A stretch of 64,000 bases of DNA from Camelus dromedarius (GCF_036321535.1 NC_087469.1:17050001-17114000); one strand, 5' to 3'. Counted from the first letter of the stretch, positions 23,991 to 36,800 are shown. Made by a program: numbers and translations. Notes: generated by a model not told the origin, from the sequence alone.

Positions 23991-24254
23991 TTCCATACAA
24001 AGCTCCATCCTCTACATAATCACACGGAGGGGTGTCGATTAGAAGTCAAGTCTGTCTCCTTCCATGGGGGCTCCTTGCTTTATGTAAAGAGAGGTGCAGT
24101 GAGTGTGCCAGCTCCCTACGGATTCACGTAGAACCCATTAACTCCTTTACACGTATTCATGACCATTTTCTGTGTGCCAGTGTGTCTTTCATGTCCTGTG
24201 TTTATTTGGGTTCTGAGCAATTCCATACGAATCCTAAGCAGCACTGCTGTCTTT

Positions 24255-24385
24255 TCGGGGGGTCTGGATGGTAATTAGGTTTACTTATTTGTGTATTTAT
24301 TTACTTTAATGGAGGTACTGGGGATTGAACCCAGGACATCGTGCATGCTAAGCACGCGCTCTGCCACTGAGCTCTACCCTCCCCC
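24255..24385 (-). mobile_element. Vic-1-type SINE
   Basis: tggaggtactgggattgaacccaggacatcgtgcatgctaagcacgcgctctgccactgagctctaccctccccc; 18 bp TSD with 2 mismatches (24237-24254 and 24386-24403). Confidence 0.9.
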
Positions 24386-24957
24386 AGCAGCAGTGCTTTC
24401 TTTGGAGGAAGTGAGTGGCTGGAGGATTGGAGACCTGTTGCCATCCCCTGGGTGACCGTGAGCTCACCCATTGCCTCCGACGTCAGTGTCCGTGGCTGGG
24501 TGGCGTCTCAAGGCTCCTGTGGTCACGGTGCTTCCATGGGTTGTGGTTACTGAAGAAAACTTTTCTGTGGAAGTCAAGAGTGGGATTCCCGTTCATTCAT
24601 TCATTCATTCATTCTTGTGAACAGAGAAAAAATGCTTAACCACTAAATACCAGCCATTTGCTTTGACAGTTAAGACTTGGAATATTTTTCATGAAATACT
24701 CATTATTAGGTTCAGTGGGGAAAAAGTCTGGCCATTAGTTGGGTATCACTTAAAACAAAAGCATAAGGAATTAATTGTTTTCACGTGTCTAGTTGGGCTG
24801 GTGTGGGTTCTGTGAGTCTCTATTTTTAAAAAGATGAAAATGAAAAGTCAGCTTTGGGAATCACTATAGTGTCGATGACAGCTTACAGGTAAGATTGAGG
24901 GAGTACATCCTGTGACTCAAATATATGAAGCCATTAGTAAAGTCATTCTAGTGGGTG

Positions 24958-25176
24958 GACTTTGAGTCAGGTGATCCTGGTGGTGTTTGTGTTTTATTAT
25001 CTGTGTGACCTTAGGCAAGTCATTTCGCCTTTCTGACACTGTTTCCTCATCTATAAAAGGAACTTGGTAATAACTACCTAAGAGGGTTAGCAATGTAGGT
25101 TAAGTGAGATGATGTGTAAAGCATTTAGCTTAGTTCCTGGCACGCAAGTGCTCAGTAATTGGTAGCTTCTATTACC
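24958..25176 (+). mobile_element. MIR (near full length)
   Basis: ggactttgagtcag...tgtgtgaccttaggcaagtcattt...tttcctcatctataaaa...agttcctggcacgcaagtgctcagtaattggtagct. Confidence 0.85.
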
Positions 25177-26087
25177 AATAATTACCTTATAATAATAACC
25201 TCATCTCAGTTGGCTGAAGCACAGCCCTTCAGAGAAAGATGACTATTCTTGGTGAATGAAGCTCAAGAAAAATTAAATGTCCTTAAAAAAAAACCAACCC
25301 TTTCACCCTGGGGCATTCTTGTGGGTTCTGCCACTGGACTGGATGCCTTTTAAGGCTTCTTGCAACCTGGGTGGTCTGTGAGATGTTTACGTTCACGTCT
25401 TCATGAATAGGTATGTTTTATTCCCCCCACCTTTCTATTCTATGATGTGAATTCAGAAGGTTGTAGATTCGCACATGAGGGCACAAGCAGGCCAGGCACT
25501 GTGGCATCGCAGAACGTGCTTTGTTACTTCGTTTTTCACAAGACTAGCCCGGGATCAGGCACCCCAGGAGCTGTGTCATCACACTGCTGTGCATCTCGAG
25601 AACCGTCGAAGAAAAGTGGCAGAACGTCTCAGCACGGTTAGTTTTGTCTTTTTCTTTGAAGAGTAGCGAGAGGGACGGTCTTTTCTTCGGGGGGAGGATA
25701 CGAGTAGTTTCATCCCTTTATCTCAAGTGCTGAGAGAGAAAAGGAGTTCACTTGGCACCTGCTTTTCTAACGGGTGGTGTGGAGAGAGGCAGCGGGGTGG
25801 GGCGGTGCCCATCGTCCTAGTATGTTAGCGTCCCAGTGATTCAGAGGGAGCTGCGAAGGAAGCCCCTGTATGACAACTTGCAGGTGCTGGCGTGGCTTGT
25901 TTACGGTTGCGTTCTGGCCACCGTGCAGGGCTGCACGCGCAGGGTTCTGCACGGCTGTTTTCCTGGAGTTGTGTTGAACTAGTCACTAGTGTCTTAGGAA
26001 GCCAAGTATCTGCTGATGAAATGCTTGCATTGGTGACTCCCCTCCACAGGGAGAGAAAAGTTCTTTTTATTTTTTAGGAGTGATATA

Positions 26088-26338
26088 TTTTTTTAAAATT
26101 TTGATCGAAGTACAGTCAGTTACAATGTGTCAATCTCTGGTGTACAGCCCAGTGTCCCAGTCTTGCATATACATACGTATATTCGTTTCCATTTTTTTCC
26201 ATTAAAGGTTATTACAAGATACTGAGCATAGTTCCCTGTGCTATACAAAAGAAACTTTTTTTAAAAATCTACTTTTATGTATAGTGGCTAACATTTGTAA
26301 ATCTCAACCTCCCAAATTTATCCCCTCCCACCCCCTTT
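26088..26338 (-). mobile_element. Camelid-type L1 3' end
   Basis: gaagtacagtcagttacaatgtgtcaatctctggtgtacagcccagtgtcccagtc...atagttccctgtgctatac...tggctaacatttgtaaatctcaa. Confidence 0.9.
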
Positions 26339-27439
26339 AGAAAAATTCTTTTGATGAGGCAAAGGAAGCCCCCCTCATGGTGTGGAGGAAGCCCCAGGGA
26401 CCAGGGCAGTACCCCCATCCCCTGTGTATAGTGAGGGTTCCTACGAGCAGTCTCTAGTGACGTCATCCAGGTTCAGGGCAGGTGGGGGCAGGACAGGTGG
26501 ACTTGTCATCACAGTGCTTTGTGGAGAGAACACTGACGGGTCCCCTAGACGCCTCAGAACCGTCGTGGAAATTGGACTCAGTTGGAGATGTGGGTGTTTG
26601 GCAGCTTGCTGAGAATATTCTGCTCACCTGGTGAACTCAGAGAGGCAAAGCATTTACATTCCAGCAGGAGGGGGAGCCGGCAGGTATCTGGGAGGGGAGG
26701 TGGGGAAGGAAGCAAGTCATTGTCCTGCAACACGGGATCCTGACATGCTTGTTCAGCATTTCTTGTCCGCAGTGGGAAAACAGATTTGAAAATGAGAATG
26801 GAACACTTCATTTTGGAAATTGCCTCATGAGTACATGCTTATTATCAGAGGCGTTCCTCATAACTGACAGTGGCTGATGCCTTGGGATGGGGCAACGGCC
26901 TGCCCAGCTGCCCAGGCTGCCTAATTATCATATAGATGTTAATGATGCACTCCAGAGTTTCAGCATCCCGGTGGTTACTACATTACAATGCAGTCACAGT
27001 GTTCGTGCAGGAAGTCACGTGCACTCGAGAGGGGAGAAGGCAGCGTGAGAGCAGAGTTCAAGGTGGAAATCCTGTTAGAAAGCCTCCCTCTCGGCCCTCC
27101 TCCCACTCATGGCCTCACTTTCTGCTGCTGATAAAACACGCCCGCCTCCCCGGTGTTGTTTTGGGGAAGAGTGATTAACTAGGGAGTCTCAACTTAATGC
27201 CCTGCAAAGATGAACGGCAGTGAACGAGCAGACTTCACGGGAGGGAGCTGAGCAGTCTCGGGGCCGTCCCGGGCATCACTGCGCTCTCTGGGCAACCAGA
27301 CTGGGGGCCGAATTTGGACCTCCTCTGTCTTCTTTCTGCCATGAGCTAAGAGTGGTTTTCACACCTGTGCGTGGGAGGAAAGAAATCAGAAGAATAACAT
27401 TTCATGACAGGTGAGACATCTGTGAAGTCCAGATATTGG

Positions 27440-27580
27440 TGTCCCTAAAGTTCTACTGGCCCACAGTCCCTCCCATTTGTGTCCATATTGAGTCGTTTTG
27501 CCAGAGAGAGAGAGTGGCCTGCAGAACCTAAAATATTTTCTCTCAGGCCCTTCACAGGACAAGTTTGCAAACTCTTGATC
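27440..27580 (+). mobile_element. MER58A-like fragment
   Basis: tggcctgcagaacctaaaatattttctctcaggcccttcacaggacaagtttgcaaactcttg matches the MER58A 3' end. Confidence 0.65.
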
Positions 27581-28624
27581 AGGACTATTGGCAGCAGGGT
27601 TCCTGGGCTGTGAAATGAAGTTGCTCCTGATCCACGCAGTATGATGTCATTCCGGGGCGCAAAACCCCAGACCGCGGTTGTGTTACCCTGTGACGCGGGA
27701 GACCTGAACGCGGGAGCGTCGTGCAGAGTTCTGCAAGGACTCTCTTAGACTGAGGTCAGCCCTTAGCAAAACGGACACATTTCCAAACCTTTCTAGAAAC
27801 AACACTCGATTTTTCCGCACAGAGAGAGGGGTCAGAAATATTTGCAGTAAAGTGGCTGTGGTGCCACTGAATTTGGGGGACTTTTCTTCATGGTCCTAAG
27901 CCTCTCTGGTTTTCCCAAAGGAAATTTGAGAACGACAGCTTCTGAGAGGCTGGGAGCATCACAGTTCCTGACGTTTTCTAGTTTGAGGTTTGGGTGACTT
28001 TTATAGGCTTCTCGTTTGACTTTAATTTGTTGCCAGTCTTTTGAAATAATAGTGATAATAGCAAACATTATGCAATCACGTTTGCACAGCCCCACCCGGA
28101 AGGGTTTGCATAGCTGGATAAAGCACTTAATTGCTGTGCAAATGCACATCTATAGGTGCCTCTGGGAACTGTCAGCTCTCAGTCCGGGCTGCCAGGCCTT
28201 TCAGGAAGTATGAAGCATGGTTCTCTCGGGGCCTCAGTCCACCCTCACTTTGGTTAAGGCACTTAGGTCCGGGTGAGGCTTCAGTTTTCCAGAGCAGCCC
28301 GGAGTAGTGAAGCCCTTGGCAAGCGGGACACTGAAATGAATCTGATTCGGTGCTAGCTTCCTAGTCATTGTTGGGTTTCTCCAGCAACTTGGATTTTGCC
28401 CCTGACATTGGGATGAAGTGGAGAAGGGTGAGGACAAGTAGAAGGTGGAGTCACTTCAGAGGAGGAGATGATTGATGTTGCTGGTAAAAATTCTCCCTGG
28501 AAGAGGTGTACATGTGGTCCACGCTGCATCTAATTTCCTTACTCCACATCGGAGTTGAAGTTCACAAAATGACAATAATAATGATAAACAACATAAATAT
28601 AAAAACAAATGAACATCACAGCAA

Positions 28625-28748
28625 ACACTCACATGATACTTACCACATACCAGGCACTGCTCTGAATGCCTTCTGTGAATTAACGTATTTAATTCCCACC
28701 ATGATCATGTGAGATGCTATTCTTTCATTTAATAGATGAAGAAGCAGA
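28625..28748 (-). mobile_element. MIR fragment
   Basis: ccacataccaggcactgctctgaatgcctt...tttaattcccaccatgatcatgtgagatgctattctttcatttaatagatgaagaagcag. Confidence 0.75.
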
Positions 28749-29319
28749 TGGAAAGAAGCAGGGAGAGAGACCTCTTCTTGGGTGGGACAGTAGGAAGAGG
28801 AGAGGAAGGAAGATTCTTGGTTGTATAGAGACTGAGTACATTAAGGGATAATCTCTGATTTCTGTGATGCTAATAGAAAGACAAAAACCCTTCTCAAAAA
28901 ATATGGGAGGAAGAGCAGAGGAGAAATGCAAACCTTGTCACACATAGGGACATGTTGTTACCTCATTTGGAGCTTAGATGCCTGAAGAACTTCTTATTTT
29001 CAAAAGAATGGTGCTGGGTACAGAATAGATCTTCAGTAACATTAAAAAAAAATTTCTTACATTACAACTCACTTGACCTTCCTTACCTAGTTCCTTATTT
29101 CTAGGCTATAAAAACACCCCTAGAATGATGAGGACATGTTTCTTTCCAGGAAACAGTCAAGTTCTTGCAGAGCTGAGGCCCTAGGGAGTGTGTCAGTGCC
29201 CAGATTTGCCAAGTGAGTTGAGGATGGACGCAGTTCACTGTTTTATTATCTGCCATGCTCCGCTGCCTTAGCTATTGTTGCAGGCTAGGTATGATTTAAG
29301 TAAATTTTACCTGACTGGT

Positions 29320-29840
29320 AAACTATTTTTAAAAAATTAAATGTTAGGTAGATAAAAATATTTATGTAATATGTGTAAGCTATAAAGAATAACAGTACAC
29401 GAACACCTGTGTGCCCACCACTCAGGTTAAGAGAAAGGACGTTTGGTCTGCCCGTGCCCCTCCCTGGCGCCGTCCCGGCTCTGTCCGTTAGAGGTACCAG
29501 CATCTCTGTTCTCAGTCCACACCCTGCTTTTCTCTGTAGTTTTACCATGTTCGTATCCCTAAATCACAGACTGCTTAGCTTTGCTGGGTTTTGAACTTTA
29601 TCTGAATGTTACCGCACTGCGTGTATTTTTGTGACTTGTTTTTTCACGTTGCATCCAAGATTTGGAATCACAAAGATTTCAAGAGTCCTCTCTGGGATGC
29701 GTGGCTACAGCTCACTCACGTTCGCTCCAGTATCGCATCCAGGCCATAAATACTCCTCAGTCTCTGTACCCACTCCTTTAATGGGCTTCTGGGTTGTTTC
29801 CAGTTATTATAGATATTGCTGCTTCAACAGTGCTTGTTAA
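29320..29840 (-). mobile_element. Old L1 (L1ME-like) 3' fragment
   Basis: acacgaacacctgtgtgcccaccactcaggttaagagaaaggac...ttgaactttatctgaatg...tgggttgtttccagtt. Confidence 0.65.
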
Positions 29841-30522
29841 ATTCGTTTTTAAAACCAGTGATCAGGAGGACTCATTTAATTAGTTTTTCTGTGAAAAAGC
29901 ATAGTCTTAGAGCTAAATGAAAATGAATAACTATTCCTTGCACAGATACAGTTTTCATTTGGGGGCACACACTACCTATTAAATGGGTTTATTTTTCATT
30001 GCTTTTAGGGTTAAATTTTTTTCCAGAATTGACAATGATGTATATATTTTTTTCCCTAAGTGAATCAAAGCATTTATTGTAAAAAAAAAAAAAAATCACT
30101 GGAAAAGAAAAGAACTCTGCCCAATTTTACAATGAAGGTTTTGCAAATATTTTGATAAACAAAATTGAAAATACTAATTTTCATTTGAATGTGAAGTACT
30201 TTCTTCTCTAAATTAAACATTAAGTAAGCTTTTGTCATCCAGAGCAACAAGCAGTATTGCATTATGTAGGTAAGATGGTCTTTGCCCACTCCTGATTATT
30301 TGTAGTCTAGAAAATAAATTTTAAAAAAAATTTCAACTTAAAAAGATAGGCCTTGGAAAGCATTTGAAATCATTTACAGAGTTGTGCCAAGGCACAAAGG
30401 TTTAAAGCAGGTAAGGCTCCAGATCCACCCAGCTGGTTTTGACTGGGAAGAAGACCAAAACTCAGAGTAATTCGATCACGTAACCGCAGTCACAGAGACC
30501 TGCCGTGCCTTCCACGCGTTAA

Positions 30523-30960
30523 TTTTTTTTTTTTTTATTGACTGGTAGCCTGTTTACAGTGTTGTGGTAATTTCTGGTGTACAGCATAGTGATTCAGTTA
30601 TACACATATAGATTCCTTTTCACGTTATTTTCCATTAGAGGCCATTATAAGGTATTGAATACAGTTCCCTGTGCTCTACAATATAAACTTGTTCGTATAT
30701 TTTATATACAGTAATGTGTATCTGCTAATCCTAAACTCCTAATTTCCACCTCCCCACTCCCTTTTCTCCCCGGTAACCATGTCTGTGAGTCTGTTTCTGT
30801 TTTGTAAATAAGTTCATTTGTGTCATTTTTTTTTAAGATTCCACATATAAGCGGTACTATACAGTTTTTGTCTTTCTTTGTCTGGCTTACATCACTTAGT
30901 ATGACAACCTCCAGGTCCACCTGTGTTGCTGCAAATGGCATTATTTTATTCTTTTTCATG
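30523..30960 (-). mobile_element. L1 3' end (ORF2 end plus 3' UTR)
   Basis: Poly-T then tctggtgtacagcatagtgattcag...agattccacatataag...cttacatcacttagtatgacaacctccaggtccacctgtgttgctgcaaatggcattatttt. Confidence 0.9.
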
Positions 30961-31149
30961 TGCCATGCCTTTGAAATTCAAATTCTTTAAAATAGCTCTA
31001 TGAATCTCTAGTTTCGTTTCCAAATGAGAAGCCACAGCTACTTTTCATAATGGTTTTTTTTGGTTTTTTTTTTTTTTTTTTGGCTTCAGTGTCTTCAATT
31101 ATTTAGCGTCCTTTAAAAAAGACCTTTAATACACTCTACCACAGCATTT

Positions 31150-31830
31150 GGGGTTTGATTTCCTGCCGTGGCTTGTCCGCACCCTGCGCACCGCGCCGAC
31201 CTGCAGGGACTGGCCCGCGGCGCCTGCTGCCCGGCGGGGACGAGGCCTCCTGCCTGCGACCCGCGGCCGCGCGGCGCTGCTCGGGGCCCTGCTGTCGTGG
31301 GTCGTGGGGACAGGGGTGGCCGCGCGCGCGGGGCGGTGGCGGCTGGTGCCCCGGGCGGCCCTGGGCTTTCCCTCCGCAGGAAGCGGCAGCTTTGCAGGGG
31401 CGACCTTAATGAGGTCACTGGGATTAGGCCATGCGTTTGGGGCTGGGTGTGAGGCTTTTCATGTCCCTGGAATCTCCCCGTCCGCCCGGCCGGCCTGAAC
31501 GGCCTGAAATAGCCCTGCTTCGGCGCGGAAGAAATGCAGCCTCATCCTCGGGAGCGGGCCAGCTCCGCGTGTGCCGGGGGTGGGCTCTGACTCTCCGCCT
31601 TTAAGGAGAATCTCTGAAAGCTTAGGAGTCGGATTGAAAAACCTGATGGGAACGGCACGGGCCGCGGGGCCGCGTCGTGGAGGCTGAGTTCGGAGTTCGC
31701 AGCGCTGCTACTGTCCCGGTGACTTGGGAGCAGCCCTGTGCTTTGCTGGGCCTCTCCTTTTCCGTGGGGAAGTAGGTGTAAAAACACGAAGCTCGTGGGT
31801 TTGCCATGGAGGTCGAATGGGCTAGATCTC
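31150..31830. promoter_or_regulatory. Small orphan CpG island (enhancer or alternative promoter)
   Basis: Abrupt GC/CpG-rich unique sequence (ccgcggccgcgcggcgc, ggccgcgcgcgcggggcgg) between AT-rich flanks. Confidence 0.75.
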
Positions 31831-31875
31831 CTGGATCTTATATGGGCACAGGACTTCACCTCTGAAATATATTTA

Positions 31876-31886
31876 AGAAAAAAGAG

Positions 31887-31915
<29 letters not shown>
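31876..31915. repeat. (AAAAG)n simple repeat
   Basis: aagaaaaaagagaaaaaagaaaagaaaagaaaagaaaaaag. Confidence 0.85.
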
Positions 31916-31917
<2 letters not shown>

Positions 31918-31921
31918 TCCA

Positions 31922-32110
31922 GGAAGAGGGTATATAGTTCAGCCGTGGAGTGTGTGCCTAGCAAACACGAGGTCCTGGGCCCAGTCCCTCCATTAAATCT
32001 ATCAATCAATCTTAATTACCCCCTCCCCCCAAATACAGTGCTGTATGTCAATTATATCTCCATTAAAAAAAAAAAAAAAGGAAGGGAAAAAAATTGAAAA
32101 AAAGAGAAAA
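31922..32110 (+). mobile_element. Vic-1-type SINE with an appended L1-like tail
   Basis: gagggtatatagttcag...cacgaggtcctggg...cttaattaccccctcccccc then gctgtatgtcaattatatctccattaaaaaa. Confidence 0.8.
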
Positions 32111-32916
32111 AATGAATCCTACATTTCCTCATGTCTCTGCATCAGAAAGCCAGGAACACATCTGTGAAAAGCCGGAGATACAGCGATGGCTGGAGTCACA
32201 GCCTGCCCAGCGTGTCTTTACTCATTTGCCTTACTGTTAGAATGTGTTGCTCTGTTTCTCAGCTTTCCGTGCTTCCTCCACAGAGTTGAACCTGCTCCCG
32301 TCCAGGAACCACCCCGATGCTACACCTGCAGTTTCCAGGTGTTGCTCCTCCCACACCCACTTTTGTGGTGGTGGTTGTTTTGGGTCTTAAGAATTTATAA
32401 TCTGCAGCTCGCCACACTTAGCTAATAGACTGTATTATCTGGAATGGTCTGTTCTGTCCGGAGAATCCTTAAATTGAAGGCCTTATTTATCTATATTAAC
32501 TATCCACTGTTTTTTTTTAATTCTCTGAGTTTGTGCTGACTGTACTTCACCACGAGGGATAACGGTTCATTTCAAGTTAATCTACGAGACTAAAGTGTAA
32601 CCTAGTTGGTGGGGGACCAGAGTTCAACGGCAGCTGTTAAACAGTGCATAGCAACTCCTCACAACGGCTTAAACATGAAAAAGAAGTCGGAGTAATAGAA
32701 TATGCTGGAATTTGACGAGGACGCGGAGTGCTGCAGGACACGGGATGGAACTTGCAGTTGTAGACAATGGCTGCGCTTCCAAAGACCAGAGCCCCCGAGC
32801 CTTCAGCCCCTCGGTGCCCCAGGAGAAAGGCTGGTGGGATTACCAGCAAGGCTCCTGCACAGCTCGGGGAACGTTGCTCTCCGTTGTCACACCACACCCG
32901 TTCCTTTCTTCCGCAG

Positions 32917-33024
32917 TTGAAGTTCCATATGGTAGAGACACATAGACTTGCCACCTTCCTGAACCATAAAGCTGATGATTGGAATAACTGCAGAACCTCT
33001 CAAAATGTTCAGAGATAAAAAGTG
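32917..33024 (+). ncRNA. Candidate 108 nt non-coding (5'UTR or lncRNA) exon
   Basis: Acceptor ccgttcctttcttccgcAG at 32915-32916 and donor gtg|GTAAGA at 33025; all three frames contain a stop. Confidence 0.35.
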
Positions 33025-33419
33025 GTAAGAAACTGAAAGAAGTTAAGTCACCTGGTGCACATAACTGGTATCAAACATCTTTTCATGAGAGAATCTGGTT
33101 GAAGCTAGTGGATGTCGAAAAATGCCCTAAAAATGTTTATAGCATCATTTAAGAGTGCGGACCCATTTGGAAATAAAAATTATTAATGAATCGCTTCTTT
33201 TTTGTGCACAGGAAATTGTACAGATGGCTGTGATTTTGGGGGGATTTTATACAAAATCTGATTCTAAGTAAGTTTATCAAAAACTTAGTGCCTGCATTAA
33301 AAACCTTAGTGAGTTAAATCTAACGCTTAAATGATGGAGTGATTCACACTATACACTTTCTGACTAAAACAAAGAAAATCTAACAGCACTTACTGTTTCA
33401 ACTAGAGTGCATTAATAAA

Positions 33420-33680
33420 AAAAATTAATGAGCACTTACCCCCAGGTGTTGTGCTAGGAGTGTCCTTATGATGGTGACCAAGCATCAAGGTTCTACCCTC
33501 GTGGTTGTGGGAGGGAGAGGCAGCTGAATACTTGTGAAGTGACCAGCGCAACACATTCCATGATGCTGGAGGTGGGTGTGCTGAGGGGCACCTAACTTAG
33601 GCCAGGACAGGGGTAGCAATTAGGGCAGACCGCAGGTTGGAGAGGCAGGCTGAGGGCAGTGTTCTCGCACAGCCAGCACG
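33420..33680 (-). mobile_element. L2 fragment
   Basis: attaatgagcacttacccccaggtgttgtgctagg...ggggcacctaacttag...gggcagtgttctcgcacagccagcacg. Confidence 0.6.
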
Positions 33681-33871
33681 TTTCTAAAATGAGTTCATTG
33701 TCCTGAAGTCATGAATATAACTGCACATTTTTTTTTTGCTGGTTAAATCTTACGACCTTCAGGGTGACTATTTTTATCACCAGTCTGTATAAAATGTAGA
33801 TGTCAAATCAAATTAGTAGAATATTAACAGCAACACTGTCTACAGTGCCTCTTTAGAAGTTGTGCTTTATG

Positions 33872-34140
33872 GAAAGCAAACTCATGGTCACCAAAGGGGG
33901 AGGGGTGGGGGGAGGGATAAACTGGGAGTTTGGGATTAGCTGATACAAACTGCTGTATAGAAGGTAGATAAGCAACAAGGTCTGACTGTGTAGCACAGGG
34001 AACTATATGCAATACCCTGCAATAAACCATAATGGAGAAGAATATGAAAAAGAACATACATACATATGTATAACTGAATCAGTCTGCTGTCCACCTGAAA
34101 CTAACACAACGTTGTTCATCAACTACAATTAAAAAGAAAG
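33872..34140 (+). mobile_element. L1 3' end
   Basis: gaaagcaaactcatggtcaccaaagggg...gtagcacagggaactatatgcaatacc...ctgaaactaacacaacgttg. Confidence 0.9.
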
Positions 34141-35004
34141 TTGTGTTTTAAAAATAAACTTGCATGAACTCAGCCTCACACTTGTGTCGTGGAAGGACAG
34201 TGCAGACCATTCGGGTGAATTACCGTTTTCTTTTGTTCTTCCCCTTTTCCTCTTTATTGCCTTGGAGGGTTAGGATAGTATCCATGTCTCTTGGTGAAGG
34301 TGGGGCTCTGTGTTTTACCAAGAGTGGAGGTTCATTTGATGTACTGAGTCTACTTTTAATTTTGTGATGAGCCCCCAGAGGGACAAGGGTGAGTTGTTTC
34401 ACTTCTTTTGAACTCTTTTCCTTTCCAGCAGAGATACTATGCTCATTGGTGAAGTACTTGGAGCTTCTTAAATATAACATAGGAAACTGAGGAAAATGCA
34501 AAGTATGGTTAATATGTACAAATGTTTGCCTGCTCCAAGCAGATGCCCAGTAAAGGTTTTCCTGAGGTAAATTTAATTGAGAATTTAACCATTCACAGTT
34601 CATTGTAAAATATTGAAATCCTGATTGCAACAGGTGAAAAAATATAGCACTGCTGTTCTCATTGGAATTTCAGAGCTTCACGCGTGAGTATGTTCGATTC
34701 TGGTGTAGCCATCATTTGGTTGGCTAAGTTCATCAGAGTCTGCATGCGAGATCAGGAATGTGTTAGTCTGCTTTGTACAGAACACAGTTCAGCACCATTT
34801 GCAAAAGCTGAGTTTGATTTCATTTCAGATACTTGCCTTATGAAACCTGAAGAGAGCCAAGTGGCTGTGGTAGGGTTTGTAGGTGAAGGGGGCTGTGTAA
34901 CTCTGAGTTTTCTTGTCCTCAGAAAGGATAACTGTGTTTTCAAAGAAACACAGTGGCTCAGATAAAATCAGGCTGGATTACTTTAACTCCTTAACCTAGC
35001 TTTT

Positions 35005-35139
35005 CTTTTTTTAATTTTGGGGAGGGGGGAGGTAATTAGGCTTATTTATTTATTTACTTTTAGAGGAGGTACTGGGGATTGAACCCAGGACCTTGCACAT
35101 GCTAAGCATGTTCTCTACCCCTGTACTGTGCCCTCCCCC
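35005..35139 (-). mobile_element. Vic-1-type SINE
   Basis: gggggaggtaattagg...gaggtactggggattgaacccaggaccttgcacatgctaagcatg...ccctccccc. Confidence 0.9.
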
Positions 35140-35611
35140 GACAATCTGCCATTCTGGGTTGCAGTTCAACCCCAAGAATGTTTTCAGAAAGACAAAAACC
35201 ATAACTGCTTTTGTCGATAGCCATTCAGGGAACATCGTACAGACCACCTCTGTGCTGGTCCGGGGGCCAGCTCACGCCCACCTGGTAGATGAGCCCATCA
35301 GCACCGCGTTTGTGACACGTGGCGCCTCCGCGCTGCAGGCTCTCTGGGAGTGCAGTTAATCAGACGGCTCGTCATTTGGATTTCTGTTCTCGCGCAGAGA
35401 CTTTCCGATCGACCGGAAGGGTGAAGTGAGGGGACGAGTGATTCTGGAGCCAAGAGAACAAATTCAACTCTAAGCCAGCTGCCGCTTCTCCTGGATCTGG
35501 AGAGTCTGTGGTTCTGGGATTAGAATCATAGGCCGAAATGTACTCATGCTGGTCATCCAAAGCATCTTTATTTAGCAGAGGAGAAACAGAGGTCTGAGTC
35601 AGGGCAGAAGA

Positions 35612-36800
35612 CATTCAACGAGCACCTACTCTTTGCCAGGCTGAGGGAGCAGCTACAACAATGCGTTGTCCCCCTAAAGAGCTTACCGAGTAGTAACGTA
35701 TTACAAGTCAGTGCAAACATTGTGGAGAGGGCTGTGGACGATCAGTGCGGAGTCACCGCGGGAGCACAAAGCAAGGGATTCAGCCCAGTCTGTGTAGGAG
35801 GCAGCAGAGGCTGGCGAAGGTCTTATAAATGAGAAAACCCAAGCTGAATCTTAAAGGATGAATAAGAATTCGCCAGGGGAACAAGACTCCTAGGGCGAGG
35901 CTGGGGGCATCCTGGGGTGAGGAGAAATATGCCCAGAGATGAAGTGGCTTGAGACAGCACGGGATGTGTCTGGGAACCGTGGGCAGCTCAGTAGGAATAG
36001 GATATGACTGCAGAGAGCAGGTGCTGAGAGGAGGGGTTGGAAAGGAGGGGCCCGTGCCGGGAGATTGGTTCTATTGGCTGTGGAGACCCCTGGTGGCAGG
36101 GGTCTTGGCAAGGGAATAACGATTGGATTTGGGTTGGGGGAGAATCATCATGGAGGGTGACCTTGACAGGGACAAGCCTGAAGGCAGGAGGACCAGTTAG
36201 GAAGCTGTTGACATCATGCAGGGGATGAGGTAAAGAACTCAGGCAGTGGTAGGAGAGGCCAAGGATGGAGCCCAGGGGGAACCCAGCATCTCATGGGCAG
36301 GAGAAAGTCAGGAATCTAAGCAAAGCCCTAGTCAGAGAGAGAAAAGAAAAATCAGTGTCAGGGAGAGAATTTCAAAAGGAATGGGTGATCAGCAGTGTTG
36401 AATGCAGTTGAGGGATCCAATGGACTAAAGGCTGAAAGGTTTCCAGAGCAGTGGTCTGTGGCCCAGCAGTGCCAGAGACACAGTCTGGATGTGGAGACGA
36501 TCGCTGATGACCTGGACACGTGGCTTTCATGGGAACGGCTGGGGCAGAATCAACACGGCAGACAATTTGGGAGTTAACGTAAAACGAGGAAGTGGAGGTA
36601 ATATCCTCTTGCGAGAAACTTGGCTAAGCTAGAAAAGAGACATTGTTAGAGACAGACATGAGTCAGGAAGACGCTTTTGTTTTTTAGCATGGTGAAGACT
36701 TGAGCACCTGTTTTTTGGCTTAAAGGAGAGTAAGAAGATTGAGGTTTATGATAAGGAGGTAGAAAAAGAAAAAGCAAATATGTGAAAGACAGATCCTTCC
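35612..36800 (-). mobile_element. L2 (long fragment)
   Basis: Starts cattcaacgagcacctactctttgccaggc; purine-rich L2 body (agctgaatcttaaaggatgaataagaatt, aggcaggaggaccagttaggaagctgttg). Confidence 0.8.

Noticed and set aside
30702-30959. ORFs resembling protein (also 40768-41028, 49684-50025, 61155-61671)
   Set aside because: They are translations of L1 ORF2-end/3' UTR fragments, not host genes.
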